A stretch of DNA of 64,000 nucleotides from the human T2T-CHM13v2.0 reference genome, Homo sapiens (GCF_009914755.1 NC_060939.1), one strand, 5' to 3'. Shown: positions 12,034 through 25,399, numbered from the stretch's first letter. Notes: generated by a model not told the origin, from the letters alone. Made by a program: numbers and translations.

Positions 12034-14101
12034 TTGGCTGTTACTTTTAAACTCTTCCTATTATAGACCTCAATTCTAAGGATAAGCATCTCTTTCATTA
12101 ACACTCACCTGCCTAACTGCTCACATCCACCTGCCTGAACTCAGACTTCACTGAGCTCAACAGGGCTTTTGCGCAGTTTATACCTGCACCTCTAGTATTG
12201 TTTAAGCATCTCTCTCAAGCCATATTCTGCTATGCTTTCATTTTAAGCTTTTAGTTCCTAGCATGTACAGGCATTATGAGTTGAGTGAGGAGGAAGTGTT
12301 TGTGAAAATAGAAATACCATTTGAATAAAAGCTACACAAGTCCTTAAAACATAGTCCCTATAGAGATGAGTTTCTGACATTGAACTTTACAATTGTCATT
12401 TCACTTTTAATTCCCTGACATTGTTCCATGCACCTCACCAAGATTCTTTTAGCCGCAGATCATACAATTAGGAATATGCACCTCACAGAAGGCAGTGTTA
12501 TAATGTCAAAGGACTTCGACAATTCTCCAATTGAATTAGTATAAATAGAGAAAAAGAAAGAAAGAAAGAAAGAAAACATATACCCCCTCTGGATCCTTGG
12601 ATAAGGGGGTCACTACACAGAGGTATAGATTCATAATGATGTGTATAAGCCCCAGGAAGCTTTAATTTGCCTTCCATTTACTCTAAACCCTCTGGAGAAG
12701 AATGAGAAAAATATAACAATGAAGAAGAGGTTAGAGTTACAATCTCTCACCACTCCGGCTGCCTCTACATGCCAAAGATGAGAAAAAGGAGGTGCATCTT
12801 GCGGGAGCATCAAGGCTTGGGAAGCTGGATTCTTTTCGTTTGGGCCCACAGAGATCAAAAACTTCAGTCCCTGGGACCAGCAGGGAAACGAGAACTACAT
12901 GGACCAAGACCAGTCCTGTTGCCTTAGTCTGAGGCAACCTCAGCACCATTCATTCTAACAAGCCCGGTGATGGGTCTGATTGTATCAGAAGTGACCTGGC
13001 CAGCACCACTCACCTTAGGGCTACCTCATAGAAAGAGATTAGGCTGTCCAGTGGAAACTAAATATTCAGAAGACTGGAGCTCTCTTCAAAAGAAAAAAAA
13101 AAAAGAATGCACCAATCCACATAAACTGTAGAGCTACAGATGAATCATATACCTTTATTTTAAAGGTAATATTGATGCTGAAATTCACACTGTCGATTCT
13201 TTGCGAGGTTTGTTAGCTAGAATTATATCTAAGATGTATGTGTGTCAATAATTTGAGGAGAAAATGGTAACCAACGAAGATCTAGGTATAAAATGAAGTT
13301 TTCTGAGGATGAGAGGGAGTGGGGTGGTCCTAAAGCTCAGCGTGAGGGGATTTCTCAGAGATCTCATTGGGGATATACATTGACCTTGGACATTTTCCAT
13401 CTGTTGCCTTACCCTTCATTTCCTTAAATGTGCTTATGGCCTCAAGCTGCTTTAAAACATAGCATTCATGTCTATGTACCTCTAGCATTATTATTTGCAC
13501 GTCTTTCATGAACCATTATGAGTCAAAACTGTTAATCAGAACATAAAATAATGTCAGAAAGAGAAAGCTGCAGAGGAGTTAAAAATGAGCACTTTTGGAA
13601 ATGAGCAAAGCGCTGAATGGCATGCTACATTCATTGGCTGGAGCAATAGATGGCGTTAATTTCTGGGACAAGACTAACAATATATAAGCACTTAGTAAGA
13701 GTTATATAACAAGTAAAGACTGGCACTAAAGGAGACATCTATAAATTTAGGTCAGAAAATAAATGCATATTATCTTTTAACTTTTCAAAGGATTAAATCC
13801 TATGTTTACTTTTACAACGTTTATAATTTGTTTTCCGTTCACTGAAAAGTCATTCCTGACCTTTCCCATGCCATAGTTTATCCTTATGTGGCTTAGTTGA
13901 CATCCAGTAACCCATTTTATCTCTGTTGTTTTGAAGCATATAAGATAGAAAAGACCTTCTAATAGAAAATTAGGGTGGCGATACCACTTACTATAGAAAG
14001 TTTGACCAAAAATTAAACTGAAATCTAAGTGCTTTCGGCAAATCTATATTTCTTTCCAGATGCTCTGATCTTCTTTTCTGGGGGGTGGGTGGGGGGTATT
14101 T

Positions 14102-16016
14102 GTGTTTTATTTTTCATTGACTGTTATTTTAAGTTCTCAAGTACATGTGTAGGATGTGCAGGTTTCTTACACAGGTGAACATGTGCTATGGTGGTTTGCT
14201 GCACAGATCGACCTATCACCTAGGTATTAAGCCCAACATCCATTAGCTATTCTTCCTGATGCTCTCCCTTCCCCCACCTGGCCCCCAACGGCAGGCCCCA
14301 GTGTGTGTTATTCCCCTCCATGTGTCCATGTGTTCTCATTGTTCAGCTCCCACTTATAAGTGAGAACATGTGGTGTTTGGTTTTCTGTTCCTGTATTAGT
14401 TTGCTGAGGATAACGACTTCCAGCTCCATCCATGTCCCTGCAAAGGACATGATCTCATTCCTTTTATGGCTGCATAGTATTACATGGTGTACATGTACCA
14501 CATTTTCTTAATTCCGTCTATCATTGATGGGCATGTAGGTTGATTGCATGACTTTGCTATTGCGAATAGTGCTGCAATGAACATACATATGCATGTATCT
14601 TTGTAATAGAATGATTTATATTCCTTTGGGTATATACCCTGTAATGGGATTGCTGGGTCAAATGATATTGCTGCCTCTAGATCTTTGAGGAATCACCCAC
14701 ACTGTCTTCCACAATGGTTGAACTAATTTGTAGTCCCACCAACAGTGTAAAAGTGTTCCTTTTTCTCTGCAGTCTTGCCAGCATCTGTTGTTACTGGACT
14801 TTTTAATAGTCACCATTCTGATTGGCTTGAGATAGTATCACACTGTGGTTTTGATTTGTATTTCTCTAATGATCAGTGATGTTGAGCTTTTTTTGCACAT
14901 GTTTGTTGGCTGCATGAATGTCTTCTTTTGAGAAGTGTCTGTTCATATCCTTTGCCCACTTTTTAATGTTTTTTTTCTTGTAAAATTGTTTAAGTTCCTT
15001 GTAGACTCTGTGTATTAGACATTTGTCAGATGGATAGATTGCAAAAATTGTCTCCCATTCTGTAGGTTGTTTTTTCACTCTGATTAATAATTGTTTCTTT
15101 TGCCATGCAGAAGCTCATTAGTTTAATTAGACTCCATTTGTCAACTTTTGCTTTTGTTGCAGTTGTTTTTGGTGTTTTTCTTATAAAATCTTTGCCTGTG
15201 CCTGTGTCCTGAATGGTATTGCCTATATTTTCTTCTAGGGTTTTTATAGTTTTGGGATTTACATTTAAGTCTTTAGCCCATCTTAATTTCTGTGTAAGGT
15301 ATAAGGAAGAGGTCCAGTTTCAATTTTCTGCACATGGCTAGCCAGTTTTTCCAGAACCATTGATTAAATAGGGAATTCTTTCCCTATTGCTTATTTTTGT
15401 CAAGTTTGTTGAAGATCAGATGGTTGTAGGTGTGTGGTCTTGTTTCTGAGTTCTTTATTCTATTCCATTGGTCTATGTGTCTGTTTTGGTACCAGTACCA
15501 TGCTGTTGTGGTTACTGTAGCCTTGTAGTATAGTTTGAAGTCAGGTAGCATAATGCCTCCACCTTTGTTCTTTTTGCTTAGGATTATCTTTGCTATGCAG
15601 GCTCTTTTTTAGTTTCATATGAATTTTAAAATAGTTTTTCCTAATTCTGTGAAGATGTGAAGAATGTCAGTGGTAGTTTAATGGAAATAGCATTGAATCT
15701 ATAAATTATTTTGGACAGTATGGCCATTTTCACTATATTAATTCTTCCTATCCATGAACATGAAATGTTTTTTCATTTGTTTGTGTCCTTTCTGATTTCC
15801 TTGAGCAGTAGTTGAAGAAGTCCTTCACTTCCACTGTTAGCTGTATTCCTAGGTATTTTATTCTTTTTGTAGTAATTGTGAATGGGAGTTCGTTCATGAT
15901 TTGGTTCTCTGCTTGCCTGTTGTTGGTGTATAGGAATGCTAGCAATTTTTGTACGTTGATGTTGTATCCTGAGACTTTGCTGAAATTTCTTATCAGCTTA
16001 AGAAGCTTTTGGGCTG
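14102..16016 (-). mobile_element. L1PA (older primate subfamily, roughly PA13-16), 5'-truncated, ~1.9 kb of ORF2 end plus 3' UTR
   Basis: Antisense L1 3' UTR (GTACATGTG..GGATGTGCAGGTT..CCCACTTATAAGTGAGAACATG); ORF2-like peptides [18 protein letters not shown] and [21 protein letters not shown]. Confidence 0.95.
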
Positions 16017-17199
16017 GATGCTTTGATTTCTTTTCAGACAATGAGAAAATGTTCCTCTGTAAGTTTTAGAATGACATTGATGAGTTTTACAGCAGTGTAG
16101 TTGAGTGAGATGGTCCCATCTCCCTGTAAAGTGTTTTCCTTGATTCATTAGATCTGACATTGCACCATGTGTCCCACTGCTTGAGGGAATGTATTATACC
16201 AAATGGTAAAATATCTTAGCCATACCTGATTACACTGTCTCATTTTAGCAATGACCCACAGATATCCAGTAGAATGTGTCTGACACCATTCAACAAGAAA
16301 TAATGAGGAAAAAAAAAAAAACAAGCAAGGGAGTGGGTATCTTTTGAATGCTGAAACAATAGTAGCTTGAGCAACAGCACCATCATTCATTGGTAAAGTG
16401 AAAAACTGGGTTGCCCACAAGCACCTTCTCTACTCAAGTGACATGGGTCATTATGACCTTGATTTTGATACCTATACGAATTTGTTAACTTCTCCTGGTC
16501 CCTTAGCTACACATTACAGCCAACCATGCACACCAAAGCCCAGCTGTATTTTAACACTGAATAAGTTTCTAAACAGAAGGAATGAGCAAATGAATGTGGT
16601 TTGGTTCAGTGGAGTTTCATCAACTAATTAGGTAAATAGTTTGAATTACATGTCTGAAACATCAATGGGCCACTCAGTACTCAGAGGTCCTCTCATGTAA
16701 ATGCTAAACTTTTAGCTATTGACCATACTCTCAGTGAACCAGCCTCTTATATATCTTTTCCTTTAGACCACTTAGGTCAACCCATTTTTTCATAAGTTAT
16801 GAGAACTTAAGAGAAAAGCACTTGCTGATGAATTGATTCAGCAAGTTTGACTAAACAGGTCAAACACCGTCTCTCCTTTCCCTCTCTTTTGCTTTCATTC
16901 TTTTCCTCATTAACCCACTCTCTCCCACTTCCTTCCTGTTTTATTCTACATTCCCATTTTCATAAAGAGTTTGGACTGCATCTCCCCACACTATGTAGGG
17001 TACACTTGTTCAATAAGAAATAGGACATTTATTTCCATTACTTTTTATGTGGGAATGACTGGATTTTTTTCTAGAGCTCTAGATCATGTAACAGAGTTCA
17101 TGACTTCGATTGGGGCTGAATGAATACCTCATTCCAGTTCTTCCTCAGGCAGAGTAGACCTTATCTATAAATATTTGTTGATTGAATCAAGGGATATAG

Positions 17200-17420
17200 G
17201 AACCCTTGGTCTTATCTAATTATCACACATTTTCTATGCCATGTGCAGCTTTAAGATATTGGGAAAATTATCTAAACTTCTAAATCTCTTTTTCCAATTG
17301 TTAAGTAGGATTGATAAGATCTACCCCATAGATTTGTTTATTTGCTTATATTTTAAGAGAGAACAATGGCCAAGCACCTGGCACACAGTAGGTGATTGGC
17401 AATGTTTATTCTTATTCTTT
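17200..17420 (+). mobile_element. MIR fragment
   Basis: TTGGGAAAATTATCTAAACTTCTAAATCTC..CCTGGCACACAGTAGGTG. Confidence 0.6.
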
Positions 17421-18519
17421 TCTCAACAGTGCCTAGTGCTCTTCTCTGTACATAGAAAATGCTCCATTACTGGAGTTAAGAAAAAAAAACCGGAGAGTAA
17501 TAAATTATGTCCTTCCTCTTAAATGTGTTAACTCAGGGACACACTTTGTGATGGTGTGAAGTACCTGACAAACACAAAACCCTAGGGAACCATGCTAACT
17601 GTCCCGGGTGATGATGGTGAGACATTCATGGTGAGCATACTCAGTGTGTCTGTAAGTGTGGATGAGTTGTGTAATAGGCTGCTCGTGCCTCTTAGATGGA
17701 GCACAGCGTTCACACAGCTCTGCTCCTGGAGAAAATAGATAGAAGGTCAAGGGAGAATAGCAGGGTGTGGGCAATGCTGCTAAATACTGCCTCGGGGACT
17801 CACTCACCCAGGGAATTCAGAGTTGCTCTTTTCTCGCCTGCAAAAACTGAGATGCAGCCAGAGTTGTGTTTCATTAGAAGGAGACATTCGGTGGAGCTCA
17901 GCTTTTTCAGGAGGGAGATGGGTGACAGGTAGCTGGGAGAGTATGCTGGATGAATCTGAGTGTCTGGAATTTTAAGTGTTCGCCTCTTGCTTCTCAGTAG
18001 GTGGCTGCCTCTTGAGGTCTGGCATTCACCCAAGTCTTGAGCATTACCTCAGCATTTAAAGAGAAAACAAGTGATAAAAAGAATCCGCAAAACTGCGTTT
18101 AAATCACCATCAACATTAAGGAATGCCACAGGCTGGGTTTTGTTCACCCTGTTAGCATGCAGAATTATTTTTCACTATAGGAAGCTGTCTTTTCCCAACC
18201 AAGAAAACAAACAAAACAAAAAAAGCAGAACTAATTAAGATCATCATATCTCAATAAATATGCAAATGAAAAATCAAAACAAAGAAACTCTATCACATCA
18301 TAAAGTTGCAAATTGCTGTATAGGCTGGCTTGGAAGAATGGCAAGGGATAGAGTCTTCTTAATGGCTTTGCTTAGAGATTGTCTGAAAGCTGCATTTATA
18401 TAGGTTTATGTTTGAGGATGAGGATGGTGAACTTGCCAGGAGAAAATTATTTTCATACTTTGTCTCCAAACTCTGTGGAAAGGAAAGGGGAATAAAAATT
18501 CAGTCGAGTGACTATGTGT

Positions 18520-18619
18520 GAGGTTCTATGCTATGGCATTTGTTTCTAAGTGCATCATTTCAAGAAGAAGAGGTTTTATGCTATGGCATTCATTTCTATG
18601 TATATCATTTCAAGAAGAA
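18520..18619. repeat. 50-bp tandem duplication, 2 copies
   Basis: GAGGTT(C/T)TATGCTATGGCATT..TTTCTA.GT..ATCATTTCAAGAAGAA at 18520-18569 and 18570-18619. Confidence 0.9.
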
Positions 18620-18624
18620 AAACA

Positions 18625-18740
18625 ATAAGATTCCCATTTTACACATGAAGACAACAAAGCTCAGAGAAGGCAAATTCCTGTTTCTCACTTGGTATTTGGA
18701 GAAGAATTCAAACCCACAATTACTTATCTGACTCTAATTT
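18625..18740 (-). mobile_element. MIR fragment
   Basis: CCCATTTTACACATGAAGACAACAAAGCTCAGAGAAGG..AATTCAAACCCA. Confidence 0.65.
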
Positions 18741-19764
18741 TATGTTTTGTTTCTGATTTATATTTTGCCCCTACACCATGACTCTCCAATACCGCCTAAA
18801 GTGACTTCACTTTTGAATGTGTGTTTACAGGACATCAAAGCTTCCTAGTGAAAGGAGGAAATAAAATCAATTTTCAGGTGTTTTCTCCATGTATTTCCCA
18901 CATCTCAATATTAAGGCCCACTCTATCAGTGGAACTACCGTTTGATTTCTGCATGATGCTATAATGCTATTTTCTTTCATTTATATTTAACTTCAGTTGC
19001 AAATGGTGAGTATGAATTGAATTCATCAGGTTTGAAAAATCAAGAGGGAGGAGAGAGAGAGAATAGCTAACACCCTACTATTGCTGAAGTTATTGTAACC
19101 ATGCCTTAACATATGTATTTCATCCTGAGGGAGCTGAATCTGAGCTGCAGAGAGAGCAACTCTGAATGACGTTGGAGCTTTATTTTAGAAGCTGCTGTCT
19201 GCTCTCTGGCATGTAGAATGCTGCCCTTAGAAGAAGGTTCTCCTGGACACGGGCTGTGTTGCTCTTCTGGACCGCTAGGCTAACTTAAGTGTGAGGCTGT
19301 TTATGAGAATGGGGAATTATCTGGAATGAGCAAACAGTTAATAAGATTGGAGGTGATTTGGTATCTATTAAGTATTCCACACTGCCCTGGGCACAAAGGC
19401 AGTACAAGGAGCAGTGGTGAAACCAGTAGGAGGCCACCACACACAGAATTGCTTCTTACCACTGCCAGTCATATTAAACAAAATAGAAGTATCTAGTCAA
19501 AGAGAGTGGTCCAACAAAGTGCTCAAACAAGTTAAAGAAGGGAGAGGCTGATGTTCTCAAGGAAGATTTCAAAGAGCTGAATGCAAGCTTTACCTTCAAG
19601 ATAGAAAGGTTGGCAGGAGTGTCAAGGCAGTTTTATTGCATTTTGCTAGATCTGAACAACTTTGTTCAAAGGGAATAAGATAATGGATTAAGTGGTGGCA
19701 GGACACAGTGACTCTGACCACTTGCCAGGGACATCTAACAACAGTGTTTCATCTTTTCATATCC

Positions 19765-19942
19765 ATCCCCTTTTGTTCCTTCTTTCTTTTATCTTCCCTC
19801 CTTCCCTTTCTTTTATCTTCCCTCCTTCCCTTTCTTTTTTCCTTCCTTTCTTCCTTCTACTTTCTTCTCTTTCTCTTTTTACTCTTTTCTTCTTTCTCTT
19901 TCCCCCCTCTTTTCTTTTCCCAGCCTTACTTTTTTGTTTTTA
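19765..19942. repeat. CT-rich low-complexity tract with a 24-bp tandem duplication
   Basis: TTCTTTTATCTTCCCTCCTTCCCT twice within a nearly all-pyrimidine tract. Confidence 0.8.
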
Positions 19943-19944
19943 GA

Positions 19945-22470
19945 TGTAAAACATTATATTCTTTTTTTCTCATTAAAATACTCATTTTAAGCCTTGAGAA
20001 AAATATAGAAAATATTGATACATAAAAAATAACCTGTACCTTATGTCATCTTATTCTCATTGTCTAAGTATAACCACTGTCAGCCTACAAGAGTAGACTT
20101 TCCAGTTCTTTATCTGACATGTTTAGTTTTTTTTTTTTTAATTATTTTTGCATTTGCGTGTATTTCTTGAGCTCCGTTTTCTTCTTACTAAGCTATATAC
20201 TATAGTAGTTCTTTTTAGCAGTGGTTTCTCCATGGGAAGATGTATTTACTCATGCAAAAGAAATAAAGGGATTTTTTGAGTATAGAATTGCAGTTTGGGG
20301 TTCATTTTCCCTCAGCATTGACAAGACATAATTAATTTCTTTTTTCTGCCTCGCTTTAACATTTTTATTTATTTGTTTTTGCTTTTGCAAATTAAGCTTT
20401 AAATTTAGAATAATTTTATATTTATAGAAACACTGCAAAGATACCACAGAAAGTTCCTTTCACCTAGTTTCCCTTATTTAATTTGTTTTTATGGAAAATT
20501 TATTGTTGATCTAAATGTCCCTTATTTAAAGATAATCTGTCTTTATTTCTCAAGTTTTCTAAGATTTGCCCTGCTTTATTGATGTTTATTATGATGTATT
20601 TACTTATGAACTTCATATATTTCCTATTTTTTTCTGGTTTCTAGAGTATTTCTTGAAGATGATCATCTTTCAACTGGTATCTTTTTAAATATTATCTCTT
20701 ACCCATTTACCCTAAACACGACTTTTAAAAATTCCTTCTTGTTTCTTATCTTTGCTGAACTGTGTCTGTGACATTTAACCATTCTATTAAGCTTTTTGTT
20801 AAAATGTTTTTTCATTTAGAGAAAAGGCTGTTTAATATTTAAATCTACCTTTTTTCCCAAAAAAATCTTTTTCTTTCATTATGTTTCGAGAACTTATTCT
20901 AATTTATTAATTATTTCAAATATAACCATTCTATAGTCTTTTCCAAATGGGTCATAATATTTCAAGTTCGTGAGTGTCTGCTTTTGCTGCTTTTCGTATC
21001 TGCTGAGTCTTGTTCAAGGTGGATTATTTCCTCATTTGACTTATGATTTGTTATTTTGAGTGTATCTTCTGCAGGCTGTAGTCTTCACCCCCTCTCAGGA
21101 GAGTTCCATATACCCTGGGTTTAAAAAAAAAAAAATACCTGCATGGTAATTTTGTATTTGTTTCTGATGGGGGCCTCAAGTTTTCACCAACAAGAATTAC
21201 ATGGTTTGTGATTCACAATGTAATTGTGAACTCTACATCTGTGTAATCTATGATTTCTATATTTTGTCAACATTTTCCCCCTTCTGGTAGTTAGGTTTTC
21301 TAACTTTGTTGCGTTGCTAACATTACTTTCCCATATTTAAATCTCTATTTTTTGTTTCTTTTTTAAAATTAGCATATTGTCTATTGACTTCTGCTGTAAA
21401 AGATAAATTATTCCAATATGCATTTTCTTTCTCATGCATATGTTCTTATTTTTATTAGTTATAGCATCACCTTTCCATTGACAAGATTGATAGCATTTAT
21501 ATTCTCTTTTGTAAACATCATTTCCAGATTATCCTTAGTTATATGTTTATTATAACATAGTTCTGTGCTCATCAACACTTCTCTGACCATGCACTCCCCA
21601 TTTGTGAGATCTTCACTATATCAATCTTTGGATTTCCTAGACTTTCTCAAGTAGTGTCTCCCTCTACCCACTACATGCACATTCCTAAGGAAAGCAAATA
21701 GCTTTTATATTTCTTGAGGTCTTGCATGTTAGACAGTGTCTTTCTTTTGCAAAACAATTTGGCTTTTTAGAAAATTATTTAGCCAGATTTTAATTTTCTT
21801 TTGGCCTTTTCTGTCATTAGGGACACTGACTCCACAGTAGAGAACATTAAAATCAGTCTATGTTTCTCACTTTAGAAGACTTATTTTTCTACTTACATGC
21901 TTATATACTTTTTTCCTTTATCTTTGAATTTGAAACTGCTATAGTGCCTTACATGTTTCTCAGCTCCAAGCACCCTCTTTGACATAGAGACAGTATTCAG
22001 TGTTGCAGGATTGAATGGATGATTGAATAAGTAAGATTATATGTTGCTGTGGATCATTCAGTCTATTCTTATTTCTAGTGTATATGATGCACCATTTTGA
22101 GCTACAAGTAAGTTTTTCTGTATATGAGATTTTTTTCTATTATATCTTTAAACTATATATTTTCCCATTACATTGATCCTTTATTGTTTTACTTTCACAT
22201 CTATTATCTTCTCTCCTATTAACTTCTTTCTTATATATTTGAATTGTAACTTTCTCCCCTACATTGGTTTTTCAATGTTTCTTTCATATTTATTACATTT
22301 TTCTTATTCCTTGGATATGTTCAGTATGTTTTATGTAAACTTCACAACTCTGATTTTCTTGTCACTGATTTTCCCCCCAGTGGTTTCCACCCTAATTCTT
22401 GTTGCTTCAAATGTGATTATGGTTTCCATAAATTTTAATCACCTTTTTTTTTCTTGAACTATGATAATTT
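19945..22470 (-). mobile_element. Ancient L1M (L1MC/ME-type) fragments
   Basis: T-rich antisense L1-like sequence, including an L1MC-type 3' end (AATTTAGAATAATTTTATATTTATAGAAAC..GCAAAGAT..ACAGAAAGTTCC); boundaries approximate. Confidence 0.5.
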
Positions 22471-22487
22471 ACTCCTTTCATCTTTTA

Positions 22488-22489
<2 letters not shown>

Positions 22490-22520
<31 letters not shown>

Positions 22521-22803
22521 AGACAGGGAATCACTCTGTCACCCAGGCTGAAGCGCAGTGGCACAAACTCAGCTCACTGCAGTTTCGACCTCCTGGGCTC
22601 AGGTGATCCTCCCACCTCAGCCTCCTGAGTATCTAGCTGAACTACAGGCACGTGCCACCATGACTAGCTAATTTTTGTATTTTTTGTACATGTGGGGTTT
22701 TGCCTTATTGCCCAGGCTGGTCTTGAACTCCTAGGCCCAAGTGATCTGCCCACCCACACCTACCGAGTGCTGGGACTACAGGCATGAGCCACTGCACCTG
22801 GCC
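22490..22803 (-). mobile_element. Full-length AluJ-like element with a T30 tail
   Basis: T30 then GAGACAGGGAATCACTCTGTCACCCAGGCTG..CTCCTGGGCTCAGGTGATCCTCCCACCTCAGCC..GAGCCACTGCACCTGGCC. Confidence 0.95.
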
Positions 22804-22973
22804 CTGAATAAAATATTTGATAAATAAATTATTAAATGAATGAAGAAAGATGCACAAAATAGCAGGAAAAAACTTCTCCAGAGTTTTATTAAAGCACCAG
22901 AATAAATACACATTTTTGGGAAATTTAGTATTTTATTCTTCAACTCTGATCTGCTGTCTAAAAAGTAGCTTGA

Positions 22974-24274
22974 CTGTGTTTGGTGTCTTTGTCATGAAAT
23001 CTTTTCTGATTCCTGTGTCCAGGATGGTATTATTGCCTAGGTTGTCTTCCAGAGTTTTTACAGTTTTGAGTTTTACATTTAAGGTTTTAATCTATCTTGA
23101 GTTAATTTTTGTATATAGTGTAAAGAAGGGGTCCAGCTTCAATCTGCTGCATATGACTAGCCAGTTATCTCAGCACAATTTATTGAATAGGTAGTCTTTT
23201 TCCCATTGCTTGTTTTTGCCCACTTTGTCAAAGATCCTAGATGAAGGTCTTAGATGAAACAAAATAAAAAATGGACAACTGGGATCTAATTAAACTTAAC
23301 AGCTTCTGCAGAGCAAAAGAAACTATCAACACAGTAAACAGAAAATCTACAGAATGAGAGAAAATATTTGCAAACTATATATTTGACAATAGTCTAATAT
23401 CCAGCATCTATAAGGAACTTAAAGAGGAAAACAAACAACCCTATTAAAAATGGGCAAAGGACGTGAACAGATACTTTTCAAAAGAAGACAAATAGGTGGC
23501 AAGTAAGAATATGAAAAAAAAAGCTCAACATCACTGATCATTGAAGAAATGCAAATCAAAATGACAATGAGATACCATCTCGCACCAGACAGAATGGGTA
23601 TCATTGGAAAGTCAAAAAATAACATTTGCTAGCATGGTGGTGGAGAAAAGTGAACACATATACTGTTGGTGGGAGTGTAAATTAGTTCAACCATTGAGGA
23701 AAATACAGTGGTGATTCCTCAAAGAGCTAAAAGCAGAACTACCATTCAACCCAGCAATTCCATTCCTGGGTATATACCCAGAGGAATACAAATCATTCTA
23801 CCGCAAAGACACATGCACACGAATGTTTATTGCAGCACGATACACAATAGCAAAGACATGGATTCAATTTAAATGCCCATCGATGATAGACTGGGTAAAG
23901 AAAATGTACATATACACCATGGAATACTATGCAGCCGTAAAAAAGAATGAGATCATGTCTTTTGTGGGAACGTGGATGGAGCTGAAGGCCATTATCCTCA
24001 GCAAACTAAAGCAAGAGCAGAAAACCAAATACCACGTGTTATCACTTATAAGTGGGAGCTAAATGATGAGAACTTTTAAACCCAAAAAGGAAACAACAGA
24101 CACTAGAATCTTTGAGGGTAGAGGTGGGGAGGAGGGAGAGGAGCAGAAAAGAGAACTATTGGGTACTGGCTTAATAGCTGAGTGATGAAATAATTTGTAC
24201 AACGAACCCCCATGACACAAGTTTACCTATGTAACAAGCCTTCACAAGTACCCCTGAACCTAAAATAAATGTTA
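22974..24274 (+). mobile_element. L1PA15/16-like insertion with 5' inversion (twin priming)
   Basis: 22974-~23236 is antisense ORF2; ~23258-24274 is sense ORF2 end plus 3' UTR with AATAAA; 14-bp TSD AAAAAGTAGCTTGA at 22960-22973 and 24275-24288. Confidence 0.9.
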
Positions 24275-24515
24275 AAAAAGTAGCTTGAAATTCTTTATTT
24301 CAAAATCTTAAAATTCTTTAAAATTTATATTTGATAATACTTGTATATATTTATTGGGTATATCAAGTCTTGATTTGTTCTTCATTTTACCTCACATGAA
24401 GACAATTCATCTGAATTAGTTGTGCATATCATGGAAAAATGATCCTGGCCTGACCTCCCTTCAGTCCTAGCCAGGCACACTGTGCTTTGGTGATACATTG
24501 CAGCCTGATGCATAT

Positions 24516-25063
24516 TGTGATGCATATTGTGAGTGTTAACTTGATTGGATTGAAGGATGCGACATATTATTCCTGGATGTGTCTGTGCGGGTGTTGCCAA
24601 AGGAGATTAACATTTGAGTCAGTGGACTGGGAGAGGCAGACCCACCCTCAATCTGGGTGGGCACCATCTAATCAGCTGCCTGAACAGCTAGAATAAAGCA
24701 GGCAGAAGAACATGGAAGGACTAGACTGGCTGAGTCTTCTGGCCTTCATCTTTCTCCCGTGCTGGATGCTTCCTGCCCTTGAACATTGGACTCTAAGTTC
24801 TTCAACTTTTGGACTCTTGGGCTTACAGCAGTGATTTGCCAGGAGCTCTCGGGCCTTCAGCCACAGACTGAAGGCGGCACTGTTGTCTTCCCTACTTTTG
24901 AGGTTTTGGGGACTCAGACTGGCTTTCTGGCTCCTCAGCTTGTGGATGGCCTATTGTGGGACTTCACCTTGTGATCATGTGAGTCAATTCTCCAAATAAA
25001 CTCCCCTTCATATATCCATCTATCCTATTAGTTCTGTCCCTTTAGAGAACCCTGACTAATACA
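24516..25063 (+). mobile_element. MLT2A (HERV-L) solo LTR
   Basis: TGTGATG..GAGTGTTAACTTGATTGGATTGAAGGATGC..GGAGATTAACATTTGAGTCAGTGGACTGGG..CCCTGACTAATACA; TSD CATAT/CGTAT. Confidence 0.9.
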
Positions 25064-25399
25064 CGTATGTTTCTTACTTTTCCTAGTTTCATCCCAGGAA
25101 TCTAAGATTCCTCAGAGAGATTTTTGGTTGATCTTATCAGAATGCTTAGTAATTTTCAGAAAACTCCTCAGCCTGCTTGACAAATGGGAAAATAATTTAT
25201 CCATTCTTAGTTCTTTCTTTTAATTTTCCAAACTTGAGTATATTTAGCACATATTTTTCATAGTCTATAGATTGAGGTTAAGGCCAATTTCTAACTTCAG
25301 TGTAATTGATTTTTTTGGACTTTTATTTTTTGAGAGTTCAGAAAAGATAATCGAGTATCTTATATCGACTATCTTATATCAGAATTTTTTTTTTTTTGC

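Noticed and set aside
12582-12616. Short inverted repeat ACCCCCT...AGGGGGT resembling Tigger/MER44 TIRs
   Set aside because: Too short to distinguish from chance
12631-12960. Open frames in apparently unique sequence
   Set aside because: No recognisable homology or flanking splice sites
14079-14096. G-rich GGGGGGTGGGTGGGGGG possible G-quadruplex
   Set aside because: Isolated short motif at an L1 boundary with no supporting context
14866-16041. ORFs with reverse-transcriptase/ORF2 similarity (also 23823-24062 and 61446-61670)
   Set aside because: Disrupted fragments of truncated L1 copies, not functional genes
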